In this document: positions 28,914 to 38,918 of the stretch, piece after piece
Position numbering within the stretch: position 1 is the first letter of the stretch
How the letters are laid out: each line of letters starts with the position of its first letter
Source of the DNA: Saccharofermentanales bacterium
GTDB lineage: Bacteria > Bacillota > Clostridia > Saccharofermentanales > DTU023
Assembly (NCBI GenBank): GCA_050945495.1
Contig: JBMNTA010000004.1
Coordinates: 10,876 to 74,875 of the forward strand
DNA: 64,000 bases
Direction of reading: 5' to 3'
The notes under the pieces: generated by a model
Seen by the model: the letters and a program-made list of their open reading frames with translations, nothing else
What the model was told of the DNA's origin: nothing
Databases searched by the model: none
Position numbers and translations under genes: made by a program

Positions 28914-28974
28914 GTGGTTTTATCGGGGCACAGTGACCCATGTGACGCCATGCGTGCATACCGGCCGTTTCAGC

Positions 28975-29002
28975 TTGCATAATTCATGGTTTTTGCGATA
29001 AT
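28975..29002 (+). promoter_or_regulatory. putative grd operon promoter TTGCAT-16-TGcGATAAT
   Basis: -35-like hexamer at 28975-28980 and extended -10 at 28994-29002, about 50 nt upstream of grdX. Confidence 0.5.
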
Positions 29003-29054
29003 GGTACGTGGAGAATTGGCGAGTTTTCCCACAGAAAGTGATTGATTTTACAGA

Positions 29055-29477
29055 GTGCTTACAAGCTCTTTCCAAATCCTGACGAACAACCCGAAAGTCG
29101 TCGCAACGTACGGCGACACATTTCGCGTTGAGTCCATGACGGACGCAACCGATCGGGAGGTTCTCATGCGCGCACGCGACCTCGTCCATCGGGGACACCG
29201 CATCTTGTCCGCGCCCCTCTCGGGAAGCGTCAAGCCGTGGGAAACGCCGTATCGGTCGATCCTTGTGACGACCGACAAAGGCGAACGCATGGACATGTTC
29301 TCGTTCGACATCATGGAACGCGCTTTGGCAATCATAAGAGACCATCCGACACGCCCCGAAGGGCCCATCGCACCGGCGATCTTGCAAGACTTTCAAGTCA
29401 TCGACCTGAGTCTCGTGGCAAGCGCGTTGGAGTCCATGGAGGCTACCGGACGAGCTCCGCTCGTTTCGGCAAACTAA
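29055..29477 (+). CDS. grdX: GrdX, small glycine reductase operon-associated protein
   Basis: About 140 aa with an ILTNNPKV start and operon position directly upstream of grdE. GTG start, weak RBS. Confidence 0.7.
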   Translation: MLTSSFQILTNNPKVVATYGDTFRVESMTDATDREVLMRARDLVHRGHRILSAPLSGSVKPWETPYRSILVTTDKGERMDMFSFDIMERALAIIRDHPTRPEGPIAPAILQDFQVIDLSLVASALESMEATGRAPLVSAN

Positions 29478-29495
29478 AGCTTGAGGTGATAGAAG

Positions 29496-30779
29496 GTGAA
29501 ACTTGAACTGGGATACATTGACATTCAGGGCATCAAGTTCGGCGACCGCAACGCCGTCGAAGACCACGTCCTCATCGTCCATCCCGACACACTGCTCGAG
29601 CCGGTCCTCGAAGACCCGCTCATCCAATCGGCGCGTTTTGACATCGCCACGCCCGGCGAAAGCATTCGCATCACGCCCGTCAAAGACGTGATCGAACCAC
29701 GCGTCAAGGTCGAAGGCGAAGGGGGCATTTTCCCCGGCATGATCTCCAAAGTGGAGACCGTCGGCTCCGGCAAAACGCACGTTTTGCGCGGCATGGCCGT
29801 CGTCACGGCGGGCCCGATCGTCGGCTTCCAAGAAGGCATCATCGACATGACGGGCATCGGCGCCGAATACACGCCGTTCTCGCAACTGCACAACCTCGTC
29901 CTCGTCATGGAACCCGCGGAAGGCGCGGGCCAACACGAGTATGAGAAAGCCTGCCGCTTGGCCGGTCTGAAAACGGCCGCGACCATCGGCGAACTGGCGC
30001 GCGAACTGACCCCGGACGAGACGGTCGTCTACGAGACGCCCACCGTCGCCGAAGGGTTCGAAGAGCCCTTGAAGGATCTCCCCCGCGTCGGTTACGTCAT
30101 GATGCTCCAAAGTCAAGGCCTGTTGCATGACACGTACGTCTACGGCGTCGACGCCAAGCGTACGTTGACGACGATGATCAGCCCGACCGAAGTGATGGAC
30201 GGCGCGATCGTCTCCGGCAACTGTGTCTCGGCATGCGATAAAAATACGACGTATCACCACTTGAACAACCCCGTCATCCAAGATTTGTTTGCCGTCCACG
30301 GGAAGCTGATCAATTTCGTCGGCGTCATCATCACGAACGAAAACGTGTACCTTGCCGACAAGATCCGCTCGTCGAACTGGACCGCCAAACTCGCTGAGTT
30401 CCTCGCGCTCGATGGCGCGATCGTCTCGCAGGAAGGCTTCGGCAACCCCGACACCGACCTGATCATGAACTGCGTCAACCTCGAGAAAAAAGGCATCAAA
30501 ACCGTCATCATCACCGACGAATACGCCGGTCAAGACGGCAAGAGCCAATCGCTGGCCGACGCCGACGAACTCGCGAACGCCGTCGTTACGGGCGGCAACG
30601 CGAACGAGCCGATCGTCCTGCCTCCGATGGACCGCGTGATCGGCACGCTCGACTACGTCAACAAGATCGCCGGCGGCCATGACGGCTCGCTGCGTCCCGA
30701 CGGCTCGATCGAAGCCGAATTGCAGGTCATCACCGGATCGACGAATGAGATGGGATTCAACCGTCTCAGCGCAAGGTAG
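29496..30779 (+). CDS. grdE: glycine reductase component B proprotein GrdE (alpha/beta subunits)
   Basis: 427 aa. Cleavage-site context VSGN-C243-VSACDKNTTYHH (Cys codon 30222-30224). GAGGTGA RBS with GTG start. Confidence 0.9.
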   Translation: MKLELGYIDIQGIKFGDRNAVEDHVLIVHPDTLLEPVLEDPLIQSARFDIATPGESIRITPVKDVIEPRVKVEGEGGIFPGMISKVETVGSGKTHVLRGMAVVTAGPIVGFQEGIIDMTGIGAEYTPFSQLHNLVLVMEPAEGAGQHEYEKACRLAGLKTAATIGELARELTPDETVVYETPTVAEGFEEPLKDLPRVGYVMMLQSQGLLHDTYVYGVDAKRTLTTMISPTEVMDGAIVSGNCVSACDKNTTYHHLNNPVIQDLFAVHGKLINFVGVIITNENVYLADKIRSSNWTAKLAEFLALDGAIVSQEGFGNPDTDLIMNCVNLEKKGIKTVIITDEYAGQDGKSQSLADADELANAVVTGGNANEPIVLPPMDRVIGTLDYVNKIAGGHDGSLRPDGSIEAELQVITGSTNEMGFNRLSAR

Positions 30780-30790
30780 GGAGGTTTTGC

Positions 30791-32095
30791 ATGAGCTATA
30801 AAGTTGTCCATTACATCAACCAGTTCTTCGGCCAGATCGGCGGGGAAGAAAAAGCCGACGTCGCGCCCGAAAAGCGCGAAGGCCCCGTCGGCCCCGGACT
30901 CGCGTTCAACGGCGCGTTCAAGGGCGAGGCCGAGATCGTCGCGACCATCGTTTGCGGCGACTCCTGGTTTAACGAAAACATCGAACAAGCGAAGGCGACG
31001 ATCCTTCCGATGATCAAGGAAGAGGATCCCGACCTGTTCATCGCGGGCCCGGCCTTCAACGCCGGCCGTTACGGCGTCGCTTGCGCGACCATCGCGCACG
31101 CCGTCCAAGAAGAACTCGGCATCCCCGTGCTCACCGGCATGTACGAAGAGAACCCGGGCGCCGACATGTTCCGCGAAAAGATCTACATCGTTGCGACGCG
31201 CGACAGCGCGGCGGGCATGCGCAAAGCCGTCCCCGCGATGGCGAAATTGGCGCTGAAGCTCGTCAAAGGGGAGCCCGTCGGGGCGTCCGCCGAAGACGGG
31301 TACCTGCCAAACGGCATCCGCAAGAACTTCTTCGAGAAGAAACGCGGCAGCCAACGCGCCGTGGAGATGCTCTTGAAAAAACTGTCCGGCAAACCGTTCG
31401 AGACGGAATACCCGATGCCCGACTTCGACCGCGTTGAACCCAACCCGGCGATCAAAGACCTCTCGAAAGCGACCATCGCGATCGTGACGTCCGGCGGCAT
31501 CGTGCCGAAAGGCAACCCGGATCGCATCGAGAGCTCGTCGGCCTCGCACTACGGCGAATACAACATCGCCGGCGTCGACGATCTGACGGCGGATACCTAC
31601 GAGACGGCCCACGGCGGCTACGACCCCGTTTACGCCAACGAAGACGCCGACCGCGTCATTCCGGTCGACGTTTTGAGACAATACGAAAAGGAAGGCAAGA
31701 TCGGCAAGCTGAACGATTACTTCTACACCACGGTCGGCAACGGCACGAGTGTGGCGAACTCGAAGAAGTTCGCAAGTGAGTTCTCGAAAAAGCTGCTTGC
31801 GCAAGGCGTGGACGCCGTGATCTTGACCTCGACCTGAGGGACCTGCACACGTTGCGGAGCAACCATGGTCAAAGAAATTGAACGCGCGGGCATCCCCGTG
31901 GTCCATATGTGCACGGTGACCCCCATCTCGATGACGGTCGGCGCGAACAGAATCGTCCCGACGATCGCCATCCCGCACCCTCTCGGCAACCCCGAGATGA
32001 GCCCGGACGAAGAATTCGAGCTGAGAAAGAGCCTCGTCGACAAAGCCCTCACGGCCCTGACGACCGAGGTGGATGATCAGACGATCTTCGAATAA
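30791..32095 (+). CDS. grdB: glycine reductase selenoprotein B (GrdB), UGA-Sec at 31835-31837
   Basis: Track ORFs 30791..31837 and 31865..32095 share one frame. Read-through gives VILTST-U-GTCTRCGATMVKEIERAG. Hairpin GTTGC-GGA-GCAAC at 31851-31863. Confidence 0.9.
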
Positions 32096-32125
32096 CCACC
32101 ACATCTGAGGAGTCATATAGATAAC

Positions 32126-33082
32126 ATGCAAGAACTGTACGATCTCATCATCATCGGCGCCGGTCCCGCGGGGCTGGCCGCCGGTCTGTACGCCGGACGC
32201 TCTCGGCTGAACACCCTCCTGATCGAAAAAGGCCAGGACGGCGGTCAGATCGCCATCACGGACGAGATTGAAAACTATCCCGGCGGCATGACGGGTCCGG
32301 AAGGCCCCGAAAGCGGTGCTCAACTGATTGAACGCATGACGAAACAGTGCGAACACTTCGGCGTCCATCGCCTCAGCGCGAACGTCACCGAGGTGGAACT
32401 CGAAGGCGACGTCAAGCGCGTCCACACGCGCGACGGCGTCTACGAATCGAAAGCCATCATCATCGCGACCGGCGCACACCCGCGCCTGATCGGATGCCCC
32501 GGTGAAGCGGAATTCACCGGACGCGGCGTTTCGTACTGTGCGACCTGCGACGGATCCTTCTTCGAAGACTTCGAGGTTTACGTGGTCGGCGGTGGCGACA
32601 CCGCGGTCGAAGAGGCGATCTACCTCACGAAATTCGCACGCAAAGTCACGATCATTCATCGACGCGACGAACTGCGTGCCGTGCAATCGATCCGTGAGCG
32701 CGCCTTTGCCAACGACAAGATTGAATTCATGTGGAACTCGGTCGTGGTCGGTCTGCACGGCGACGGCATTCTCTCGTCCATGACGGTCAAAGACACGAAG
32801 ACGGGCGAAGAACGCGTCGTGGAAGCCGACGAAGAAGACGGCATGTTTGGTGTCTTCGTATTCATCGGTTTCTTGCCGAACTACGAATTGTTCGAGGGCA
32901 AAGTCGACATGGAGTACAATTACATCGTGACCGACGACGCCATGCGCACAAACATCCCGGGCGTGTACGCGGCCGGTGACATTCGTAAAAAACCGCTTCG
33001 CCAAGTCGTGACGGCCTGCGCGGACGGCGCCATTGCCGCCATGCAAGTCGAACACGATCTCGCCTCCGGCGTGATTGGCTGA
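32126..33082 (+). CDS. trxB: thioredoxin reductase
   Basis: GAGPAG FAD motif, redox-active CATCDG, GGGDTAVEEA NADPH motif. Confidence 0.95.
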   Translation: MQELYDLIIIGAGPAGLAAGLYAGRSRLNTLLIEKGQDGGQIAITDEIENYPGGMTGPEGPESGAQLIERMTKQCEHFGVHRLSANVTEVELEGDVKRVHTRDGVYESKAIIIATGAHPRLIGCPGEAEFTGRGVSYCATCDGSFFEDFEVYVVGGGDTAVEEAIYLTKFARKVTIIHRRDELRAVQSIRERAFANDKIEFMWNSVVVGLHGDGILSSMTVKDTKTGEERVVEADEEDGMFGVFVFIGFLPNYELFEGKVDMEYNYIVTDDAMRTNIPGVYAAGDIRKKPLRQVVTACADGAIAAMQVEHDLASGVIG

Positions 33083-33106
33083 GCACAGACATAGAAAGGA
33101 ACTTTT

Positions 33107-33448
33107 ATGTTAGAACTCGATCGCAAAACGTTTGAACCCGAAGTCCTTGAACAGGAAGGCCCGATTCTCGTGGATTTCTACGGTGACGGCTGCGTGCCCT
33201 GCGCGGCGCTGCGCCCGCACATCGAAAAGTTCGAAGAGACCTACGGCGACAAGATTAAATTCACGGCGTTGAACACGTCGAAAGCGCGTCGCCTGGCCAT
33301 CTCCCAGAAAATTCTGGGGCTGCCGGTCATCGCCATTTACAAAAACGGCGAAAAAGTCGAAGAGTTGATCAAAGACGACGCGACGCCGGAAGCCGTGGAG
33401 GACATGCTGAAAAAGTACGCTTGCAATTGCACGTGCGGTTGTGAGTAA
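33107..33448 (+). CDS. trxA: thioredoxin, Grd-type GCVPC active site, with an unusual C-terminal CNCTCGC tail
   Basis: [14 protein letters not shown] active site. The last 8 residues are CNCTCGCE. Confidence 0.9.
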   Translation: MLELDRKTFEPEVLEQEGPILVDFYGDGCVPCAALRPHIEKFEETYGDKIKFTALNTSKARRLAISQKILGLPVIAIYKNGEKVEELIKDDATPEAVEDMLKKYACNCTCGCE

Positions 33449-33552
33449 TCTTTAAACATCTGGCGGGGAGCCGGCGCTGTGCGCGCTTGCTCCCGAAAGA
33501 TACGGGGGTGGGCACCCGCACCAACGCCCAAATAAAACGAAAGGAGCAGGAT

Positions 33553-34023
33553 ATGAGCATACTCGAAGGCAAAAAGGTCATCGTGATCGGTGACCGCGAC
33601 GGGATCCCCGGTCCGGCCATTTCGCTTTGTGCTGAATCGGCCGGCGCCGAAGTCATCTTCTCCGCGACGGAGTGTTTTGTCTGAACGGCCGCGGGTGCAA
33701 TGGACTTGGAAAACCAGAAGCGTGTGAAAGACCTCACCGACGAATATGGCGCAGAGAACGTTGTTGTTCTCCTCGGCGCCGCGGAAGGTGAAGCGTCCGG
33801 AATCGCAGCTGAGACGGTCACCAATGGTGACCCGACCTACGCCGGTCCATTGACAGGAGTCCAGTTGGGGCTCGCCGTGTACCACGTTTGCGAAGACGAA
33901 GTCAAGGAAGAGTTCGATCCCGAGGTATATGATGAACAGATCTCCATGATGGAGATGGTTCTCGATCTCGATGAGATCGCAGAAGAGATGCAGGCGATCC
34001 GCGAGGAGTTTAGCAAGTACTAA
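33553..34023 (+). CDS. grdA: glycine reductase selenoprotein A (GrdA), UGA-Sec at 33685-33687
   Basis: Track ORFs 33487..33687 and 33700..34023 share one frame. Read-through gives [19 protein letters not shown], the GrdA signature. AAGGAG at 33541-33546 fixes ATG 33553. Confidence 0.9.
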
Positions 34024-34195
34024 TCGCTCGCTTTTCGTTTGACCTGGGGTGCCCCGTACGCGGCCCTTCCGCCTTGAGCGGAGGGACCATCGGGGCATCC
34101 TTATGAGAAAAAATAACGACCGGGCGTCCCCGAGGCGCCCATGAAGACCCATCCACCGAAACCCATAACGACCGGAAAGGCAGGACAACGCATTG

Positions 34196-35737
34196 ATGAA
34201 CAGTGTGCTTAAGGGCGCAGGCTACATCCTCGTCCACACCCCCGACATGGTGCTGAACAACGGCACCACCCAGACGACCGAACGTGTCGTGAACCCCGAT
34301 TCCGAGTACCTCCGACAGATCAAGGCGCATCTGCGTCCCTACGATCGCGTGCTCGCGTATTACCCGAACCAGACGTACATCGGCAACGTGACCCCCTTTG
34401 AACTGAACGAGATCAAAGGCCCGTGGCAGGACATGGAATGCCCCGTCGCCGAACGCTACGGTCAATTCGGCGAAATCATGCCGCAGGACGAGTTCTATCT
34501 GCTCGTGGAGGCGGTCGACGAATTTGATCTGGTCTTCCTCGACAAAGATTTCGTCGCCGAGACGAAACCGAAACTGGCGGACGACCCGATCATCACCGAA
34601 TACATTCTGAGCCGCATCAAAGAGGGCGAAGATCACGATCACATTCAGCACCTGATCGATGACGAAGGGGCCGAGGGCCTCTACATGGACGACCGCCTCG
34701 TCGGCGCCGTCCGTCGCGCCCACGACATCGACCCGAACCTGTCGGCGCACGTCATGATCGAGAACCTCGCTTCGAAAGCGTCGAGCGTCCTCGCCCTCAT
34801 GTACGCCGTCCGGGATTCCGACATTTCGCCCGATGAGGTCGAATACACGATCGACTGCTCGGAAGAAGCGTGCGGTGACATGAACCAGCGCGGCGGCGGC
34901 AACTTCGCGAAAGCGACCGCCGAAATCGCCGAATTGTCCCGCTCGACCGGTTCCGACTGCCGCGGCTTCTGCGCCGCGCCCGCGCATGCCATTCTCTTGG
35001 CCGCGTCGCTCGTCAAGGCCGGCACGTTCAAGACGGTGGCCGTGACGGCCGGCGGCTCGACCGCCAAACTCGGCATGAACGGCAAAGACCACGTCAAGAA
35101 GGGTCTGCCGGTCCTCGAAGACTGCCTCGGCGGGTTCGCCGTCATCATCTCCGAAAACGACGGCCAAAACCCCGTGATCAACATCGACAACGTCGGCTGG
35201 CATTCGGTCGGCACCGGCAGCGCGCCGCAACACGTCATCGGCTCGCTCGTGACCGATCCGCTCGAGCGTGCGGGACTCAAGGTCACCGACGTCGACTACT
35301 TCTCTCCCGAGATGCAAAACCCCGACATCACGAAACCCGCCGGCGCCGGCGACGTCCCGGTGCAGAATCTGAAGATGATCGGCGCACTGGCCGTCAAGCG
35401 CGGCGACATCGATCGCAAAGCGATGGGCCAATTCGTGAAAGACCACGGACTCCCCGGATTCGCCCCGACGCAAGGGCACATCCCGTCGGGCGTCCCGATC
35501 ATGGGGCACGCGCGCAACGCGATGCTCGCGGGCGACATCCGCCGCGTCATGATCATCGGCAAGGGCTCGCTCTTCCTCGGCCGCATGACCAACTTGTTTG
35601 ACGGCGTTTCGTTCCTCATGGAACCGAACGACGGCGTCGAAGCGACAACGGCCGTCTCGTCCGATGAAATCCGCCGCATCGTCGCCGAGTCGCTGCGCGA
35701 TTTCGCCGCCGGTCTTTTGGGCGACGAGAGCAGGTGA
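34196..35737 (+). CDS. grdC: glycine reductase component C beta subunit (GrdC)
   Basis: About 513 aa, thiolase/ketosynthase-like. Position after grdA. Start is ATG 34196 (or the adjacent TTG 34193). Confidence 0.85.
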   Translation: MNSVLKGAGYILVHTPDMVLNNGTTQTTERVVNPDSEYLRQIKAHLRPYDRVLAYYPNQTYIGNVTPFELNEIKGPWQDMECPVAERYGQFGEIMPQDEFYLLVEAVDEFDLVFLDKDFVAETKPKLADDPIITEYILSRIKEGEDHDHIQHLIDDEGAEGLYMDDRLVGAVRRAHDIDPNLSAHVMIENLASKASSVLALMYAVRDSDISPDEVEYTIDCSEEACGDMNQRGGGNFAKATAEIAELSRSTGSDCRGFCAAPAHAILLAASLVKAGTFKTVAVTAGGSTAKLGMNGKDHVKKGLPVLEDCLGGFAVIISENDGQNPVINIDNVGWHSVGTGSAPQHVIGSLVTDPLERAGLKVTDVDYFSPEMQNPDITKPAGAGDVPVQNLKMIGALAVKRGDIDRKAMGQFVKDHGLPGFAPTQGHIPSGVPIMGHARNAMLAGDIRRVMIIGKGSLFLGRMTNLFDGVSFLMEPNDGVEATTAVSSDEIRRIVAESLRDFAAGLLGDESR

Positions 35738-36897
35738 TCGCGATGGATCCGATCAAACGTGACATTGCGACGATTTTCCAAGAGCTCGCCGACGGCCTGG
35801 AGACGGGTCGCATCGGGAAGCGTCCGACCGTCGCCGTCATCGGCCTCGGTTCGGAATTGGGCGAGGACAACGTCATGGAGGGCTGCCTCGACGCCGCCCG
35901 ACACGACATCGACGTGATCTTCCTCGGTAAGATCGAGGCGGACGGCGTCCGCACCGTGCAGGCCGAGGATCCCGACGACGCCTTCGCCAAGATGGAGGCG
36001 CTCATCGCCGCCGGCGAAGCCGACGCCGCCGTCGCCATGCATTACCCTTTCCCGATCGGCGTCTCCACCGTGGGACGCGTCAACACATCGGCGACGGGGA
36101 AACAGATTTATCTGGCGACCACGACGGGCACCACGGCGACCGATCGCGTCGAAGCGATGGTGATGAACACCTTGGCCGGCATCGCCACGGCGAAAGCCGA
36201 CGGCATCGCCGACCCGACGGTCGGCCTGTTGAACCTCGACGGCACGCGCCAAGTCGAAATCATCCTGAAACAGCTGCAAGAGAACGGCTATCCCCTGACG
36301 TTTGCGACCTCGAGTCGTGCCGACGGCGGCGCCGTCATGCGCGGCAACGACATCATCCGTGCGTCACAGGACGTCCTCGTCCTCGACTCGCTCACGGGCA
36401 ACGCCGTCATTAAAATGCTGTCGTCGTTCACCTCCGGCGGCTCGTACGAGACCGTCGGCGCGGGGTACGGCCCGGGCGTCGGCGAAAAAATGGCCGGCAT
36501 CGTGATGATTGTGTCACGCGCCTCCGGCGCGCCCGTCATCGCGCAGTCGATCCGATTTGCCGCATCGCTTGCCGAAGGCAACCTCAAAGACATCTACATG
36601 AAGGAACTGGCGGCCGCCAAAAAAGCCGGGCTCGATCAACTGTTGAACGAGCGCCGCGAGCAGGCCTCCGCCAAGTCGGACGAAGCGACGGTCACGGCAC
36701 CGCCCTCGGAAGTCGTGCCCGAACAAATCCAAGGCATCGACGTCATGGACCTCGACGACGCCGTGCAGACGCTCTGGAAGGCCGAGATTTACGCCGAGAG
36801 CGGCATGGGCTGCACCGGCCCGATCATCCGCGTCTCGACGGCCAACCTGGACAAAGCCGCCGCGATCCTTCGCGACGCCGGCTTCATCAGCGAGTAA
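35734..36897 (+). CDS. grdD: glycine reductase component C alpha subunit (GrdD), PlsX-like fold
   Basis: GTGA start/stop overlap with grdC. About 387 aa, PlsX/phosphate acyltransferase-like sequence. Confidence 0.85.
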   Translation: MIAMDPIKRDIATIFQELADGLETGRIGKRPTVAVIGLGSELGEDNVMEGCLDAARHDIDVIFLGKIEADGVRTVQAEDPDDAFAKMEALIAAGEADAAVAMHYPFPIGVSTVGRVNTSATGKQIYLATTTGTTATDRVEAMVMNTLAGIATAKADGIADPTVGLLNLDGTRQVEIILKQLQENGYPLTFATSSRADGGAVMRGNDIIRASQDVLVLDSLTGNAVIKMLSSFTSGGSYETVGAGYGPGVGEKMAGIVMIVSRASGAPVIAQSIRFAASLAEGNLKDIYMKELAAAKKAGLDQLLNERREQASAKSDEATVTAPPSEVVPEQIQGIDVMDLDDAVQTLWKAEIYAESGMGCTGPIIRVSTANLDKAAAILRDAGFISE

Positions 36898-36916
36898 GTG
36901 GGGTGTACGTTCGCGC

Positions 36917-37846
36917 ATGTTAGCGTTTCAACCCCTAAAACTGGAAGACATCCCGCGGATTCGGCCGTATTTGACGCCGAATCCGCAACGGATGTGCGAT
37001 TGGACCGTCGGCGGCACCTTTATTTGGCGCGACCTCTACGAGTACGAAGTTGCGTTCGTCGACGATTGTCTCATTTTTCGCATGAAGATTTTCGGCACGC
37101 ATCACGCGTACACCGTCCCGCGGGGCGAGCACATCGGCAACGCGTTGGATGCGCTCGAAGCCCACTGTGAAGCCGTCGGCGATCCCTTGGTCTTCAGCAT
37201 CGTGGGGGACCACGATCTGCCGCTCTTGTCGGAGCGTTACCCCGGCTTTCACGCCGTCTCGGAACGCGATTACTACGATTATTTGTACGACGCGCGCGAT
37301 CTCTTGGCCCTCGAAGGACGTCAACACAAGTCGACGCGCAACAACATCAACCGCTTCCGCCGACAGACACCGGATTGGCGATTTGAAAAGATCGATGCGA
37401 CGAACATCGACGATGTCCGCCGCTACGTCGACGAAGAGCGCCAATACATCCCCGAGGACCATGCGACGCTCATCGAAGAGTCGAATAAAATCCATGAGGT
37501 CTTGGATCACATGGACGCGTACCGCATGTTCGGGGGCGTGCTCTACGTCGGAGACACGGTCATCGGTTACTCCTTGGGCGAAGTCGTGGGCGACACGCTC
37601 TACGTGCACACGGAAAAAGCCGACGTCGCGTACCGCGGCGCCTATCAAATGCTCGTCGCCTGTTTCATGGACATGTACGGCGACGACCCCGACATCGCGT
37701 TTGTCAACCGGGAAGACGACAACGGCGACCCGGGCCTGCGTCGATCCAAGACGACGTATGGCCCCGTGGCCCTGATTTCGAAGTACACCGTCTACACCTC
37801 GGACGACCACCTCGAGTGGCGCGAGCGCACGTATTTGGAAGGTTAA
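36917..37846 (+). CDS. DUF2156 (MprF C-terminal / lysyl-PG synthase-like) domain protein
   Basis: Resemblance recalled to stand-alone DUF2156 proteins (RMCDWTVGGTFIWRDLY, NINRFRRQ, GDPGLRRSK). Starts 19 nt after grdD. Confidence 0.7.
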   Translation: MLAFQPLKLEDIPRIRPYLTPNPQRMCDWTVGGTFIWRDLYEYEVAFVDDCLIFRMKIFGTHHAYTVPRGEHIGNALDALEAHCEAVGDPLVFSIVGDHDLPLLSERYPGFHAVSERDYYDYLYDARDLLALEGRQHKSTRNNINRFRRQTPDWRFEKIDATNIDDVRRYVDEERQYIPEDHATLIEESNKIHEVLDHMDAYRMFGGVLYVGDTVIGYSLGEVVGDTLYVHTEKADVAYRGAYQMLVACFMDMYGDDPDIAFVNREDDNGDPGLRRSKTTYGPVALISKYTVYTSDDHLEWRERTYLEG

Positions 37847-37863
37847 ACGACGGACCTCACGAC

Positions 37864-37894
37864 GAAAGGCCGGACCCGGTGCGTCCGGCCTTTC
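37864..37894 (+). terminator. 12-bp perfect hairpin ending the grd operon, followed by a second hairpin with a long T-run near 37905-37935
   Basis: GAAAGGCCGGAC-ccggtgc-GTCCGGCCTTTC, then GGCGGTTTTTTTATTTTT. Confidence 0.7.
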
Positions 37895-38043
37895 GCATGC
37901 ACCGCGACGCGCCGTTGGGGGCGGTTTTTTTATTTTTGACGCGGTTTCATGTAAAATACGTATAAACGACGGCCCCGTTTTTGCTGAATTGTCCAACGGT
38001 ACACAGGGTGATATCTGTTCTCATATCGAAGGAGACGTATGCC

Positions 38044-38694
38044 ATGGATATGAAAAAAGAAGCCTTGCGAAAGCAAATGATGGCTAAGTTCATCATCTCC
38101 GCCGATGAAATTTTGCAGTCCGAAGGATTTGACAAAATCACCATCCGCAACGTCGCCGATCTGGCCGGCTACAATTCCGCGACCCTTTACAACTACTTCG
38201 AGGACCTGGATCACCTGCTCTTCTACATGTCGATGCGCTACTTGGCCGAGTACAGTCGCAGCGTCGAGCGCGTCGCCGCGCATTACAAAACGGCCCTCGA
38301 GCGTTACTTGGGCATCTGGGCGTTCTTCATCGATCAGTCGTTCGAAAAACCGAAGATGTTCTACGAAATCTTCTTCAGTCCGAAGTACCGCAATCTCCTC
38401 GACGTCACCATGCGCGATTATTACCAGATCTTCCCCGAAGAATGGAACGTGCAAATGGAACTCGTGAACCAAATGTATCGCGGCAAGAACATCTACGTTC
38501 GCAATCGCGTGCTTTTGGAAGACTTGGTCGAGGAGGGCGTCATTGAGGAACGCAACGTCGGGCGCATCAACACAGGTTCCATCTACGCCTATCAAGCCGT
38601 ATTGAACGATCTGCGCCAAGGCATTTGCTTTGAGCATTTTAAAGAAGAATTGATGGATATTCTCGAATACTTTATTACCGGCACTTGGAACTGA
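38044..38694 (+). CDS. TetR/AcrR-family transcriptional regulator
   Basis: HTH FDKITIRNVADLAGYNSATLYNYFEDLDHLLFY. AAGGAGA RBS 8 nt before ATG 38044. Confidence 0.9.
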   Translation: MDMKKEALRKQMMAKFIISADEILQSEGFDKITIRNVADLAGYNSATLYNYFEDLDHLLFYMSMRYLAEYSRSVERVAAHYKTALERYLGIWAFFIDQSFEKPKMFYEIFFSPKYRNLLDVTMRDYYQIFPEEWNVQMELVNQMYRGKNIYVRNRVLLEDLVEEGVIEERNVGRINTGSIYAYQAVLNDLRQGICFEHFKEELMDILEYFITGTWN

Positions 38695-38918
38695 CCGGAT
38701 CCGGGCGCGTATCCTTACGCGCTGTTCCTTTCTCTATTAGCAAAAGGCCATATTTGTCATTGATTATTCAAATATGTCTTTCGCTTCTTTTCCAAAGATA
38801 CCGTGATGAGTTATTGCCCCGACCAATGCATGGCGGAGCAATATAGCTTCATGATTATTTAACCGTGATTACAAACGTTCCAGCATTTATTCATATCATC
38901 AATACCCATACATTTTTC

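Noticed and set aside
30653-33055. 800-aa ORF on the minus strand. Similar long antisense ORFs: 6288..8066, 12347..14155, 19147..21198, 28920..30680, 34010..35509, 41739..43523, 60646..62388, 62690..63985.
   Set aside because: Each lies antisense to a gene with clear family motifs and a proper RBS, and crosses gene boundaries. Their R/G/D/A/V/H-rich composition, without recognisable domains, is typical of stop-poor antisense frames in GC-rich DNA.
33688-33740. Attempt to define a specific SECIS hairpin downstream of the grdA UGA
   Set aside because: No stem as convincing as those of fdhA or the two grdB genes could be drawn by eye. The Sec call for grdA rests on the exact [16 protein letters not shown] signature instead.
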